A stretch of 64,000 bases of DNA from an uncultured Gammaproteobacteria bacterium (lineage in GTDB: Bacteria > Patescibacteriota > Patescibacteriia > Magasanikbacterales > UBA922): positions 233,219 to 297,218 of the forward strand of contig CAYMVY010000001.1 in NCBI GenBank assembly GCA_964394405.1, written 5' to 3'. The translations under genes and the position numbers were made by a program. Position 1 is the first letter of the stretch; every line of letters begins with the position of its first letter. Below, piece by piece: positions 35,141-46,224 of the stretch. A model generated the notes under the pieces. The model had not been told where the DNA came from. It saw only the letters and a list, made by a program, of their open reading frames with translations, and did not search any database.

Positions 35141-36652
35141 TTGTCTATGAAATACACCGTACAAACCAATATCAACGAGTTACAGTCATGCGATGTAGTA
35201 CTATTTCCAGTCTTCGAAGATCAGAAAGTAGAATCTGAGCTCAAAACATTTGGGATGTTTGATAATAAAAGAAAAAAAATCGTGGATATAATTGAACTCG
35301 AAGAATTCAAAGGAAAAAAATTGGAAAAATTGGTATTGCATACTGAAGAGAAAAATCATCCACGCATCATGCTTGTGGGTTTAGGAAAAGATAAGGAATG
35401 TTCGGTAAAAAAAATACGTGAATGTGTGGGTGCGGCGTTTGTTGTAGTACAGAATAAAAAATGGAAAAAAGTTTCCGTAGTGCTTACAAGTGCTCTCAAA
35501 AAGAAAGAAACAATCGAAGAGTTAGGTTCTCTCTTGGTGCGTGCGGCTGAAATTTCTACGTATGCATATGACGAACATAAGACTGACAAAGATGCTCGTA
35601 GTGTAGTTCTCGAAGAAGTTCAGTTCATTGGGCTTGCAAATGCAAGTGAGAAAAAAACGTTTGAAAAAGGCGTTGCGCATGGAAGAATACTTGCTGGGGG
35701 TGTGAATTTTGCGCGTCACCTAGGGAACACCCCGCCAAGTACCATGACACCGACCTATCTTGCTGAAGCTGCAGTTGAAATGGCAAAAAAGAGTAAGATC
35801 AAAGCTACGATACTTGGAAAAACAGAAATCAAAAAATTAAAAATGGGATGTTTGTTGGGCGTAGCGCAAGGATCTGAACATGAACCAAAATTTATTATCG
35901 TAGAATATTGGGGAGCTGCTAAAACTCAGAAACCTACAGTATTGGTTGGCAAAGGAATTACGTTTGATTCTGGTGGATTATCAATCAAACCAGCAAACTG
36001 GATGTCTGAAATGAAATATGACATGCTTGGAGGAGCTGCGGTACTTGGTGCGATCAAAGCTGCAGCAGAACTTAAACTGAAAAAAAATATTGTGGGACTG
36101 ATTCCTGCAGCAGAAAATATGCCGAGCGGGAGTGCATTCCGACCTGATGATATTCTCGTTGCGATGAACGGAAAAACGGTTGAAATTCTAAATACTGATG
36201 CAGAAGGACGACTCATTCTCGCTGATGCTCTGTGCTACGCAAAGAAATATGAACCAGCTGAAGTGATTGATCTTGCTACTCTTACGGGTGCATGTATGGG
36301 TGCTCTCGGAGTAGAGCGTTCAGGAATATTTACCCCAGATGATAAGATGTGTGAAAAGTTGATTGAGGCGGGGAATGGAGTGGGTGAGCAATTATGGAGA
36401 TTACCACTCGGTGAAGAATATAGTGAAGCTATGAAGAGTGAGATTGCGGATATCAAAAATTTGGGTGGTGTAGGAAATCCTGCGTTTGGTGGGGCCTCAA
36501 CTGCTGCTGCATTCCTCCAATTCTTCGTCGATTACAAATGGGCGCATATCGATCTTGCGAGTGCTATATTCATGGGTAAAGCCAAGCCATGGCTACGCCC
36601 TGGTGCCAATGGGTTTGGTGTTGAGACCCTTGTTGCATATTTGTCTCGGTAA
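35141..36652 (+). CDS. pepA: leucyl aminopeptidase (M17)
   Basis: NTDAEGRLILADAL M17 signature. Immediately follows the ileS stop. Confidence 0.85.
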   Translation: MSMKYTVQTNINELQSCDVVLFPVFEDQKVESELKTFGMFDNKRKKIVDIIELEEFKGKKLEKLVLHTEEKNHPRIMLVGLGKDKECSVKKIRECVGAAFVVVQNKKWKKVSVVLTSALKKKETIEELGSLLVRAAEISTYAYDEHKTDKDARSVVLEEVQFIGLANASEKKTFEKGVAHGRILAGGVNFARHLGNTPPSTMTPTYLAEAAVEMAKKSKIKATILGKTEIKKLKMGCLLGVAQGSEHEPKFIIVEYWGAAKTQKPTVLVGKGITFDSGGLSIKPANWMSEMKYDMLGGAAVLGAIKAAAELKLKKNIVGLIPAAENMPSGSAFRPDDILVAMNGKTVEILNTDAEGRLILADALCYAKKYEPAEVIDLATLTGACMGALGVERSGIFTPDDKMCEKLIEAGNGVGEQLWRLPLGEEYSEAMKSEIADIKNLGGVGNPAFGGASTAAAFLQFFVDYKWAHIDLASAIFMGKAKPWLRPGANGFGVETLVAYLSR

Positions 36653-36654
36653 GT

Positions 36655-37233
36655 ATGATCGCACATATTCAAGGAACTATTATTGGAAGTACCAAACAAA
36701 GTGTGATTGTGGCAACACAATCAGGGCTTGGATATGAAGTCGTACTTCCGACATATAAACTCCTTGAATTAAATACTGGAGTCCCGGTGTCATTCTTTTT
36801 GTATCATAAAGTAAGTGAGAGTAGTCAGGAACTATTTGGGTTCACGAGTATTCTTGAACGAGAATTCTTTATACTTCTTATGACGGTGTCAGGTATTGGG
36901 CCAAAGAGTGCTATGAATATCATGTCTCTCGGTTCGATTGAAGACATTCGCGATGCAATTGCAAGAGGAGATGTGGGTTACCTTACCTCTATCCAAGGCA
37001 TGGGAAAGAAAACAGCAGAGAGGCTTGTCGTTGAGCTCAAAAGTAAAATTGAATTGGGTACGAGAGTGGCTGTTCGTTCCAAACCAGAGGATGGAGTACT
37101 CGATGATGTGGTTGAAGGACTGATTTCTATGGGGTATACTAAGGATGAATCGAGAAGTATGCTTCAGAATATTGAGGGTGAAGGAAAAAATGCTGCTGAA
37201 ATTCTGAAAGAAGTGTTATCCAAAAAACGTTAA
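36655..37233 (+). CDS. ruvA: Holliday junction DNA helicase RuvA
   Basis: MIAHIQG...GLGYEV N-terminal OB domain, HhH region LMTVSGIGPKSAMNI, C-terminal RuvB-interaction domain. Confidence 0.8.
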   Translation: MIAHIQGTIIGSTKQSVIVATQSGLGYEVVLPTYKLLELNTGVPVSFFLYHKVSESSQELFGFTSILEREFFILLMTVSGIGPKSAMNIMSLGSIEDIRDAIARGDVGYLTSIQGMGKKTAERLVVELKSKIELGTRVAVRSKPEDGVLDDVVEGLISMGYTKDESRSMLQNIEGEGKNAAEILKEVLSKKR

Positions 37234-37253
37234 TTATTTTTTTAGATACCTAT

Positions 37254-37814
37254 ATGGGAGAAAGACCATCGTCACCGGATAAATTAAAAGCAGCAGGTAT
37301 TCATAGTGAAGTCCAAGGTTGGGCAGAGCAGATAGATGAGGAATCTGCAGCTGAGAAAGTGAAACTTCAGCTTGAAAAGAAGGGGGCTCTCAGCAAGAAA
37401 AGCCTCTGGGAACTCGTAGAACCGCTCGATGAACTCGTAAAGCAGGGTGGTTGGCTTGATGATAAGTCAAAAGAAAAAACACTTGAACGATTGGCTACAG
37501 CACATAATAAATTTTCAAAAGAAGGGAATACAGATCCTGACACACTCGCACTTCTGGAAAAGATTGAAGAATTAATCGATACAGTGCCTCAGATTCAAAC
37601 TGAAGTAGATATTCCACAAATGAGAGCAAAGCAAGGAAGAGAAGATATGGCGAGGCAAGCAGGTGTTCGTTCAAAAATTGAAAAGATGGATCAGGAAACA
37701 GAGATGAAGCTAGAAGTAGCAGAAACTGATTGGAATGCAGTAAAGAATAGTATCCCTGTCCCTCAAAAACCAAAGAAGAAAGGATTTTTTGGAAGATTAT
37801 TTGGTGGAGCATAA
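37254..37814 (+). CDS. hypothetical charged protein
   Basis: 186-aa ORF, no motif. Confidence 0.4.
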   Translation: MGERPSSPDKLKAAGIHSEVQGWAEQIDEESAAEKVKLQLEKKGALSKKSLWELVEPLDELVKQGGWLDDKSKEKTLERLATAHNKFSKEGNTDPDTLALLEKIEELIDTVPQIQTEVDIPQMRAKQGREDMARQAGVRSKIEKMDQETEMKLEVAETDWNAVKNSIPVPQKPKKKGFFGRLFGGA

Positions 37815-37834
37815 AGAAAAAATATTTCAGAAAC

Positions 37835-37863
37835 AAAAAACCACCCATATTGGGTGGTTTTAG
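37835..37863. terminator. bidirectional terminator AAAAACCACCCA-tat-TGGGTGGTTTT between convergent genes
   Basis: Perfect stem with A-run and T-run flanks. Confidence 0.6.
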
Positions 37864-37875
37864 TTTGTTTATTTT

Positions 37876-40410
37876 CTACACCTCCTCATCTTCTTTTCCT
37901 GCTTCAAGCAGTGCAAGGCTCGCTACTTTGTCACCTTCTTGCTTGAATCGCATGATACGTACTCCCTGAGTTGCTCGTCCAAGAGTAGAGATGGTTTTGA
38001 TCGGAGTCCGGATTACCTGGCCTTTGACTGAAATAATCATAAGATCTTGTGTCTCCGTATTATTTACCACTCGCGCACTCATGATGCGTCCGGTTTTATC
38101 AGTGATTGCCATAGTCTTGATACCACTTCCCCCACGACCTTGCACTTTGTATTCAGTGATACTCGTACGTTTACCCAATCCTTTTTCAGAAATGACGAGA
38201 AGCTCAAGCACTTTTTTCTTTACCAAGTCGCTTGAAACCACATCCATACCAACGACCACATCATTTGATTTGAGCTTAATCGCGCGGACTCCACTTGCGG
38301 TTCTGCCCATTGCGCGAACTTCTTTTTCCTGGAATCGAATTGCCTGCCCCTGGCTCGTAACAACTAATACATCATTGCTCCCTGTTGATGGTCTGACCCA
38401 CTCAAGTAGGTCGTCTTCTTTGAGTTTGAGAGCAATAAGACCTGATCGGCGGACATTTTTGAAATCATCGAGTCTGGTTTTTTTGATAGTCCCTTTGTTC
38501 GTCAACATAATCAAGTATTCATACTTGGTCATGTCACTCATAGAGAGAATAGTAGATACTTTCTCATTGGGCGCAAGCTGGAGGAAATTGACCAATGCCT
38601 GACCTTTTGCAGTACGAGATCCCTGGGGGATATCATAGGCCATGAGCTGGAACAATCGGCCTCTCGTAGTAAAGAAGAGGATACTGTCATGTGTGTTGGT
38701 GGAGATAATATGTTCCACCACATCTTCTTCCTTGGTGGTAAGCCCCATCACACCTTTTCCACCACGACTCTGTTGTCGGAAGGTGTCTGGGGGAAGGCGT
38801 TTGATATATCCATCAGCTGTTGAAATAATCAGGGTGGGTTCATTGGGAACGAGATCCTCAATTGAAAATTCTTTGACCCCGTGGGCAATAATTTTGGTTC
38901 GTCGATCTTCTGCAAATCGCTCACGGATTTCAGTGACTTCAGCTTTAATAATATTCAATATTTTGGTTGTACTTTTTAAAATAGATTCAAGTTCGGCAAT
39001 AAGTTTCATTTTTTCCTTAAGTTCATCTTCAATTTTTTGTCTCTCAAGGTTGGCGAGCTGCTGGAGGCGCATTTCAAGAATCGCAACCGTCTGTCTTTCA
39101 GTAAAATCAAACTTCTTCATGAGGTTTACTTTTGCCTCGTCTTTATCCTTTGATTTGCGGATAGTTGTAATAATCAAATCAATTTTATCCAGTGCTTTTT
39201 TCAAACCCTCGAGAATATGTGCGCGATCTTTTGCTTTTTCGAGATCAAACTCAGTTCGTCTTCGAATAACAACTTGGCGGTGCTTGATAAATTCTTCAAG
39301 CACTGATTTCAAATTCAATACACGTGGCTGAATACCATCGACGAGCGCCAACATGTTGACATGGAATGTTGTTTGGAGTTCAGTCATCTTGAATAGCTGA
39401 TTCAAGACTTTTTTTGGATATGAATCTTTTTTGAGTTCCACTACAATTCTGACTCCATCTTTGTTTGATTCATCGCGTAAGTCTTTGATACCATCAAGTT
39501 TTTTTTCTTGCACCAGCGTGGCAATTTTTTCAATCAAGGTTGCTTTGTTCACTTGATAGGGGACTTCACTCACAATGATATTGAATCGATCTCCTGAGAG
39601 TTCGACAATCTCAGTTTTGGCTCGCATGACAATTCCACCACGTCCAGTCGCATATGCGGCGAGAATATCGTTTTTACTATAAATAATTCCACCAGTTGGA
39701 AAATCAGGACCTTTGATATGTCCCACTAATTCTTCAATCGTAATTGTAGGGTTTTCGATTAAGGCCGAGATACCATCACACAGTTCTCCCAGATTATGAG
39801 GGGGAATATTTGTTGCCATACCAACAGCAATTCCCATGCTTCCGTTCAAGAGCAGATTCGGAAATTTACTTGGAAGGACTCGAGGTTCTTTGTGGCTTCC
39901 GTCATAGGTAGGAGTAAAGTCTACGGTATTTTTATCAATATCGAGAAGCATTTCTTCTGCAAGCGCTCGAAGTTTTACCTCGGTATAACGCATAGCAGCA
40001 GCGCTATCACCATCCATAGACCCAAAGTTTCCTTGCCCGTGCACGAGCATATGACGCATATTGAATTCCTGGGCCATACGTACCAAAGAATCGTAGATGG
40101 CTGAATCTCCGTGAGGATGATATTTACCCATCACGTCTCCAACCACGTGTGCTGATTTTTTGAACTTCGCGCTATGCTTCAAACCAATTCCCCACATGGC
40201 ATAGAGAATACGGCGGTGCACTGGTTTGAAACCATCGCGAACGTCAGGTAGTGCACGAGAAACGATAACACTCATCGCATAATCCAGGTACGAAGTGCGC
40301 ATCTCCTCGACCAAATTAATCGGTTCGATTTTTCCATCAGTGAGACTGGGTTGTACAGGCTTTAATTCTCTACTAGCTTCTGGCGTTTCTTTGGTGTCTT
40401 TTTTGATCAT
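37876..40410 (-). CDS. gyrA: DNA gyrase subunit A
   Basis: [28 protein letters not shown] active-site region, C-terminal beta-pinwheel repeats, acidic tail EDEEV. 844 aa. Confidence 0.85.
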   Translation of the reverse strand: MIKKDTKETPEASRELKPVQPSLTDGKIEPINLVEEMRTSYLDYAMSVIVSRALPDVRDGFKPVHRRILYAMWGIGLKHSAKFKKSAHVVGDVMGKYHPHGDSAIYDSLVRMAQEFNMRHMLVHGQGNFGSMDGDSAAAMRYTEVKLRALAEEMLLDIDKNTVDFTPTYDGSHKEPRVLPSKFPNLLLNGSMGIAVGMATNIPPHNLGELCDGISALIENPTITIEELVGHIKGPDFPTGGIIYSKNDILAAYATGRGGIVMRAKTEIVELSGDRFNIIVSEVPYQVNKATLIEKIATLVQEKKLDGIKDLRDESNKDGVRIVVELKKDSYPKKVLNQLFKMTELQTTFHVNMLALVDGIQPRVLNLKSVLEEFIKHRQVVIRRRTEFDLEKAKDRAHILEGLKKALDKIDLIITTIRKSKDKDEAKVNLMKKFDFTERQTVAILEMRLQQLANLERQKIEDELKEKMKLIAELESILKSTTKILNIIKAEVTEIRERFAEDRRTKIIAHGVKEFSIEDLVPNEPTLIISTADGYIKRLPPDTFRQQSRGGKGVMGLTTKEEDVVEHIISTNTHDSILFFTTRGRLFQLMAYDIPQGSRTAKGQALVNFLQLAPNEKVSTILSMSDMTKYEYLIMLTNKGTIKKTRLDDFKNVRRSGLIALKLKEDDLLEWVRPSTGSNDVLVVTSQGQAIRFQEKEVRAMGRTASGVRAIKLKSNDVVVGMDVVSSDLVKKKVLELLVISEKGLGKRTSITEYKVQGRGGSGIKTMAITDKTGRIMSARVVNNTETQDLMIISVKGQVIRTPIKTISTLGRATQGVRIMRFKQEGDKVASLALLEAGKEDEEV

Positions 40411-40419
40411 AGAAATTAA

Positions 40420-40902
40420 TTATTCTTGTGTAGTGGTTGCCCCAGGAGTGCTCGTCACTGCACTCGATGAGGTGAAGAAGGGGAGAATTGCATGAGCAAC
40501 CATTGCCTTCAGTTCATCAGGAGTCTTTAAATCATCTTTCAGATCATCCTCCATTTTACTAAACGTGGCGACTAACATTGATAAATCCTTGCCCCCGCTG
40601 TCAGTAAAGGAAGACGTGGGGTTGATAGTGCTTTTATTTTTTTGTATCAAGTCAGATATATATACTACCCAGAATCCAAATATGCATAGAGTGCACGCGA
40701 CTACGCCTACAAACATCCATCGTCTGCTATTTTTGGGCGACTGGTATACATGTTGCGTTTTCTTTGCAGACTGTCCTACCACTTGCGTCTCTCGGTGAGA
40801 GAGTGAGGATAGTTCTTTTTTCCGAATTTCCTCAATAATAAGGGTCGGTATTTCTTTTACCGCCTGCGAAATTTCAGAAGATGTAGTGTTTTTTCTTGGC
40901 AT
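40420..40902 (-). CDS. hypothetical bitopic membrane protein
   Basis: Single TM (WMFVGVVACTLCIFGFWVVYI). Start uncertain. Confidence 0.35.
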   Translation of the reverse strand: MPRKNTTSSEISQAVKEIPTLIIEEIRKKELSSLSHRETQVVGQSAKKTQHVYQSPKNSRRWMFVGVVACTLCIFGFWVVYISDLIQKNKSTINPTSSFTDSGGKDLSMLVATFSKMEDDLKDDLKTPDELKAMVAHAILPFFTSSSAVTSTPGATTTQE

Positions 40903-40958
40903 ACCCTGCATGAGAATAACAAAATTGAATATCGTAACTTTCAATTTTATTATTTTTT

Positions 40959-41573
40959 CTATTCTTTGCCCAAAAGTATTACCCTCGTCTCTTCTTCAGG
41001 AAGGTCTCTTTTTTTAATAATAACTTTCTTTTCTTCTTTGGGTACCTGGAGTCCGAGCGCACGGATGAATGCATCAGGGGTACTAGCATCTGGATCATTG
41101 TCAGACTTGAAGGCAATGGGCACTACAATCCGGGGTTCAATACTGTTTATGGTTTTTATTGCAGCTTCAGTTTCAAACGCTGCTTTGGTGCCAACTGGGA
41201 TAAAGATAATATCAACTCCAGACAGAATCTCGAGCTGTGCTGCAGTAAGGGGCTCCTTGATCAGCCCCAAGTGAGCCATACTGATTCCCTCAATATCAAT
41301 TCGGAACATGATTGAATCTTCGGTATGGCCGGCAACACCGGTGACGAGCACTCCTTTTGAATCAATCTCACCTGGAGTGTCGAGTACAAATGGATTCTGG
41401 GAAAGGGTAAAGAGGTCTTTATTTCCACGAGTGAGTAATACTACATCAGCAGTAAGGCTACGAGGAGAGGATCCCTGAGCTGCTTTATAGGGGTCAATAA
41501 GTGCGACTACATCTGATTCGAGATATTTTGTCTGAAGCTTTATCGTGGTGCCTCCAAGCCAGGAAATATGCAT
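40959..41573 (-). CDS. metal-dependent hydrolase, MBL-fold/UPF0173-like
   Basis: MHISWLGGTTIKL...VLLTRGNKD pattern of the YtkL-like family. No canonical HxHxDH motif visible. Confidence 0.4.
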   Translation of the reverse strand: MHISWLGGTTIKLQTKYLESDVVALIDPYKAAQGSSPRSLTADVVLLTRGNKDLFTLSQNPFVLDTPGEIDSKGVLVTGVAGHTEDSIMFRIDIEGISMAHLGLIKEPLTAAQLEILSGVDIIFIPVGTKAAFETEAAIKTINSIEPRIVVPIAFKSDNDPDASTPDAFIRALGLQVPKEEKKVIIKKRDLPEEETRVILLGKE

Positions 41574-41647
41574 AGAACAAGGGTAAATTCATTACAAATA
41601 TGAGAGTAGTATACCGACTTTTGGGGAGATAAGCAAGAGGAGGGTGT

Positions 41648-41745
41648 AGTCAAAAGTCGAAAGTCATAAAGTCCAAAAGTCAAAGTTCAACCTGTATTTT
41701 TGTATTTACTTTCGACTTTGTGACTTTATAGACTTTCTGACTCCT
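41648..41745. repeat. repeat element copy D (AAAGTC-unit variant)
   Basis: GTCAAAAGTCGAAAGTCATAAAGTCCAAAAGTCAAAG ... ACTTTCGACTTTGTGACTTTATAGACTTTCTGAC. Confidence 0.5.
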
Positions 41746-41751
41746 AACCTC

Positions 41752-41780
41752 TTGCCAAAATCAAAACCCTGTGCTACACT
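41752..41780 (+). promoter_or_regulatory. promoter TTGCCA-17-TACACT for rpsA
   Basis: Read directly. Confidence 0.4.
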
Positions 41781-41851
41781 AAGCCCACTTTATTTACCCA
41801 GGCAAAAGCCAGGGGCCAGTCTTATAACAAAGCTGGTTAATGTGTATGTAT

Positions 41852-43012
41852 ATGGCACAAACACAGAATTTTGAAGAATTATTAAAGGATTACTTTGCTC
41901 AAATCCCGCAAGTTGGGGATTTGGTAAAAGGCCGCGTTATTTCAATCGATCGAGGAGAGGTACGAGTTGACATCAATGGAATTATCATTGGTGTAGTTCG
42001 TGGTGAAGAGCTATTTAGCGAATCGAAAGAGTTTGCACATATCAAAATCGGGGATGAGGTAGAAGCGACCGTTGTCGAAGATGAGAATGAGAACGGAGAA
42101 ATGGAGCTTTCATTCCGAGTTGCCGGACATCGCCTCGTGTGGGAGCGTATGGCAAAATATGTAAAGGAAGGTACTGTAATCAAGGCAAAGATTATCCAGG
42201 CAAACAAAGGTGGTCTTATGCTTCAGGCAGACGCACTCACTGGATTCATGCCAGTTTCTCAGCTCAATCCTGATAACTACCCACGTGTACAGGGTGGAGA
42301 CAAAAATAGAATTCTTGAACACTTAAAAAAGTTTGTGGGAACTACCATCAAAGTAAAAGTACTTGATGCAAATCCTGATGACGAAAAACTTATCTTCTCT
42401 GAAAAAGAAGTATGGGAAGAAGAACAGAAAAACATCCTCGACTCATATAAGGTAGGAGACAAAATCGACGGTGAAGTATCAGCGCTTACTCCATTCGGGG
42501 CATTCGTCAAATTTGGTGAAGGTCTCGAGGGTCTTGTCCATATTTCAGAAATCGTGTGGCAGAGAATTGATCATCCAAAAGATATTTTGAAAGTGGGTGA
42601 CAAAGTAAAAGCACAGATTATTGACCTCAACAAATCAAAAATCTATCTCTCGCTCAAGCGTCTCGTAGACGATCCATGGAAATCAGTAAAAGAGAAATAT
42701 ACGATTGGGCAGATTGTAAAAGGAGAGGTACACAAAGTTGAATCATTTGGTCTCATGGTCAAGCTCGATAATGAAATTCATGGGCTTGCGCACATCTCTG
42801 ATCTTTCAGAGAAGCGTGTAGCAGATCCAAAAGAACTATTGGTCAAGTTTGAAATCGGAAAACCATACAACTTTGAAATCATCTCTATCGAACCAACTGA
42901 GCACCGCCTCGGACTCCGACTCGAAGGAGTGAAGAAGCGAGAAGCGAAGAAAGAGGATGAAAAAGTTGAAGAGAAAAAGGAAGAAAAACCAAGCGAAGAA
43001 AAAACAGCGTAA
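41852..43012 (+). CDS. rpsA: 30S ribosomal protein S1 (four S1 repeats)
   Basis: Repeated S1 OB motifs (GDLVKGRVISI, VIKAKIIQANKGGLML, DKIDGEVSALTPFGAFVKF, QIVKGEVHKVESFGLMVKL). Terminator CCCCACA..TGTGGGG at about 43040-43072. Confidence 0.8.
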   Translation: MAQTQNFEELLKDYFAQIPQVGDLVKGRVISIDRGEVRVDINGIIIGVVRGEELFSESKEFAHIKIGDEVEATVVEDENENGEMELSFRVAGHRLVWERMAKYVKEGTVIKAKIIQANKGGLMLQADALTGFMPVSQLNPDNYPRVQGGDKNRILEHLKKFVGTTIKVKVLDANPDDEKLIFSEKEVWEEEQKNILDSYKVGDKIDGEVSALTPFGAFVKFGEGLEGLVHISEIVWQRIDHPKDILKVGDKVKAQIIDLNKSKIYLSLKRLVDDPWKSVKEKYTIGQIVKGEVHKVESFGLMVKLDNEIHGLAHISDLSEKRVADPKELLVKFEIGKPYNFEIISIEPTEHRLGLRLEGVKKREAKKEDEKVEEKKEEKPSEEKTA

Positions 43013-43139
43013 CTGTGTATCGTAAGGGTACATAGTGAACAACCCCACATTACCCGTGTGGGGTTTTGTTTTACCATTGACAACCACGCTATTTTTGCTT
43101 ATACTCACTCTATTATCTTCTTATTGAAAAAACTGTACT

Positions 43140-44984
43140 ATGAAGCAATTATTGAAGAATTTTTTTATCGTTTTTGTCACATTATTTGCAATCGCGGCAG
43201 TAGTGTCCATGATCAATGTCTCAGGCACTCAGCCCGAGTCTGCGAGCATCTCAAAATTAGTAACTGAAATCAAAGCTGATCAGGTATCTTCGGTTGAAGT
43301 ACGTGGTGACACCCTTTTGGTCAAGCTGAAAGACGAGGCGGCAAAGCCACTTGAAGTAAAACGTGAACTTGGTACGTCATTTGGTGAACTCATGACCTCG
43401 TATGGGGTGACCTCAGAAGAATTAAACAAGATTTCAGTTGAGATCAAGGAAGAATCAGGGTGGAGATTCTGGGTCGGTATTATAGCTCCGTGGATTATTC
43501 CTCTCGGATTATTCTTGGTCTTAATTTTTTTCTTTACTCGTCAGGTACAGGGCGCCAATAGTCGCGCAATGGGATTTGGCGAAAGTAAGGCAAAAGAGGC
43601 AAAACCTGATGATAGTAACCGAAAAACATTTGCGGATGTAGCTGGTGCAAAAGAGGCAAAAGAAGAGTTGGCAGAGGTCGTAGATTTTCTAAAAGAACCA
43701 AAAAAATTTACTGACATGGGCGCAAAAATTCCACGTGGGGTATTGCTCATGGGGTCTCCAGGAACAGGAAAAACATTGCTTGCGAAGGCGGTTGCAGGAG
43801 AAGCAGGCGTACCATTCTTTCATATCTCAGGATCTGAATTCGTAGAGATGTTTGTGGGCGTGGGAGCATCACGAGTTCGTGACTTATTTAATAAAGCAAA
43901 AAAATCAGCCCCAGCGATTGTATTCATCGATGAAATTGATGCAGTAGGACGAAAACGAGGAGCAGGGCTTGGAGGTAGTCATGATGAACGTGAACAAACC
44001 CTCAATCAAATTCTGGTTGAGATGGATGGATTTGATCCCAACCTGGGGGTCATTGTAATGGCTGCTACTAATCGACCGGATGTACTTGATCCAGCACTCC
44101 TTCGACCAGGACGCTTTGATCGCCGTGTGGTGATTGATCTGCCAGATATCAATGATCGAGAAGAAATTTTGACCGTGCATGCAAAAAATAAGAAATTGTC
44201 TCCATCAGTCTCTCTCAAAAAGATAGGTGAACGTACCCCTGGATTTTCGGGAGCTGATCTGGAAAATTTATTGAACGAGGCTGCGATCCTGGCCGTGCGA
44301 CGGGGCAAACAAATTATTGATGAAATTGAGATTTTGGAAAGTATTGAAAAAGTGATTTTGGGACCAGAAAAAAAATCTCGACTCATGACACAAAAAGATC
44401 GAGAAATGACTGCATACCATGAAGCAGGACATGCAATTGTCGGGCATTTCCTACCCAATTGTGATCCGGTACGCAAAGTGTCGATCATTGGCCGCGGAAT
44501 GGCAGGAGGATACACCCTCAGTATGCCAGACAGTGATGTGCGCTATCGTACACGTGCAAAATTCAAAGACGAGTTGGCAATGATGCTCGGAGGGTATGTG
44601 ACTGAGCGTATGATCTATGGGGCAGACCAGCTTTCAACGGGCCCATCGAGTGACCTCAAAAAAGCAACGTCGACTGCGCGCGCAATGGTTCTCCGCTACG
44701 GAATGAGTGACAAACTCGGTCCTCGTCAGTATGGAGAAAACGAAGAGCTTATTTTCTTGGCGCAAGAAATCCATGATAAGAAAAATTATAGTGAAAAAAC
44801 TGCTGAGGTGATTGACGCTGAAATCAGTCGAGTGCTTGATGATGCGCTGAAGAGTGCTGAGCACGTAATTACGACGCATCGAAAACAGATGGATGACTTG
44901 GTAAAAGTATTGCTTGAAAAAGAAACTGTTGAACAAGAAGAGTTTAAGGCTATCATGGGGGAGACGAGTGCGGCAGCGAGTTAA
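43140..44984 (+). CDS. ftsH: ATP-dependent zinc metalloprotease FtsH
   Basis: Two N-terminal TM, Walker [19 protein letters not shown] zinc site. Confidence 0.9.
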   Translation: MKQLLKNFFIVFVTLFAIAAVVSMINVSGTQPESASISKLVTEIKADQVSSVEVRGDTLLVKLKDEAAKPLEVKRELGTSFGELMTSYGVTSEELNKISVEIKEESGWRFWVGIIAPWIIPLGLFLVLIFFFTRQVQGANSRAMGFGESKAKEAKPDDSNRKTFADVAGAKEAKEELAEVVDFLKEPKKFTDMGAKIPRGVLLMGSPGTGKTLLAKAVAGEAGVPFFHISGSEFVEMFVGVGASRVRDLFNKAKKSAPAIVFIDEIDAVGRKRGAGLGGSHDEREQTLNQILVEMDGFDPNLGVIVMAATNRPDVLDPALLRPGRFDRRVVIDLPDINDREEILTVHAKNKKLSPSVSLKKIGERTPGFSGADLENLLNEAAILAVRRGKQIIDEIEILESIEKVILGPEKKSRLMTQKDREMTAYHEAGHAIVGHFLPNCDPVRKVSIIGRGMAGGYTLSMPDSDVRYRTRAKFKDELAMMLGGYVTERMIYGADQLSTGPSSDLKKATSTARAMVLRYGMSDKLGPRQYGENEELIFLAQEIHDKKNYSEKTAEVIDAEISRVLDDALKSAEHVITTHRKQMDDLVKVLLEKETVEQEEFKAIMGETSAAAS

Positions 44985-45004
44985 AGTAAATTAATGTCTT
45001 ACAC

Positions 45005-45036
45005 AAAAACATCCCGACTCAATCGGGATGTTTTTG
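45005..45036 (+). terminator. intrinsic terminator ACATCCCGA-ctcaa-TCGGGATGT + T-run after ftsH
   Basis: Perfect 9-bp stem. Same family as 1254-1285. Confidence 0.6.
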
Positions 45037-45043
45037 TGTATCT

Positions 45044-45144
45044 CAAAACGTAAAACTCAAAGCTCAAAACTGAAGCTAAAAACTCAAAAGTTTTAAGATT
45101 TAAGTTATCGTTTTGCGTTTTGACATTTGAGTTTTGAGTTACGC
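45044..45144. repeat. repeat element copy E
   Basis: CAAAACGTAAAACTCAAAGCTCAAAACTGAAGCTAAAAACTCAAAAG ... CGTTTTGCGTTTTGACATTTGAGTTTTGAGTTACG. Confidence 0.6.
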
Positions 45145-45219
45145 ATTAAGCATATTTATTCCGTGTACAGAGTATCTTATGGTATACTATTACCACTACT
45201 ATCATCTAACCGTATTTGT

Positions 45220-46221
45220 ATGCAGGAGCCGACCCTTCGCGATGTATTTAGTGCAAGTTGGAAATTGACCAAGCGCCACAAAGGACTATGGATTTTGGGA
45301 TTATTTGCCCTCGTATTTGGTCAGCTGGGGATTCTTGACGTGGTCACTGGTGTTGTCAAAGGAACTGCACTCCAGGGAGCCTCGGGAATATCGTCGCAAC
45401 TCATCTATATTTTTAGCCCCTCAACATTTGCAGAGATAGGGAGTGCGCTTAATTTTTCATTTGACTCATGGGCAGCATTTGCCTGGCTATTGGTAATGAT
45501 TTTTGCGCTCGGAGTAGCTGTTATCGTCGTGGGGGCGATTGCACAAGGAGGAATTGTGCATGCAGCTACACTTTCAATCGAACATGGGTTGAAATCAGTA
45601 GAAAAATTTCATGAATCATGGCATGCAGGAGCGCGCCATGCATCATCAATTCTGGTGTTAAATATTGTAAAAAAATGCCTATTATTTGCGTTATCACTCA
45701 TGGTGGCCGCATCTGCATTTGCTGCGCTGGTGTATGGAAGCACAATCTCAATTTTGGTTTTTATCTTGGTTTTTGTACTTGCAATAATGCTCGGAATGAC
45801 GCTCTCAATGCTCACACTCTTTACTGTCGGATATCTAGTGGTTGAGAATAAATCTCTCTTTCAGGCAATACGACTAGGGTGGAAATTGTTGATAAAACAT
45901 TGGGTAGTATCTTTTGAAGTAGGATTAATTTTGTTGCTGTTTAATGTAGTAGTTTTTGTACTTCTGCTGGTCGGTGTATACGTATTGGTGGTCCCAAGTC
46001 TGGCACTTAATGCATACGGAGCATTAATTGGAAGCACTGCACTGTCTCAGTTTGCCATATCAATGGGGGTAATACTATTCGTGTCACTATCAGCAATTAT
46101 TGGCTCCATTTTTACTGTATTTGTGACCACTGCATGGACCTATCTTTTTGCAATTATGCATCACTGGGGATTCAGAAGCAGAATCCATGCATTCATTACT
46201 CGATTCCACTCCCATAAGTAG
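45220..46221 (+). CDS. polytopic membrane protein (about 8 TM), unknown function
   Basis: Very hydrophobic 333-aa ORF immediately upstream of pilB. Start at the internal Met after TATACT. Confidence 0.45.
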   Translation: MQEPTLRDVFSASWKLTKRHKGLWILGLFALVFGQLGILDVVTGVVKGTALQGASGISSQLIYIFSPSTFAEIGSALNFSFDSWAAFAWLLVMIFALGVAVIVVGAIAQGGIVHAATLSIEHGLKSVEKFHESWHAGARHASSILVLNIVKKCLLFALSLMVAASAFAALVYGSTISILVFILVFVLAIMLGMTLSMLTLFTVGYLVVENKSLFQAIRLGWKLLIKHWVVSFEVGLILLLFNVVVFVLLLVGVYVLVVPSLALNAYGALIGSTALSQFAISMGVILFVSLSAIIGSIFTVFVTTAWTYLFAIMHHWGFRSRIHAFITRFHSHK

Positions 46222-46224
46222 CGT

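Noticed and set aside
37991-39331. 203-aa and 229-aa plus-strand ORFs
   Set aside because: Antisense within gyrA; S/R-rich junk translations.
45127-45219. Longer N-terminus for the membrane protein upstream of pilB
   Set aside because: The first 31 codons overlap a repeat element and a TATACT promoter-like box. Internal Met 45220 is preferred.
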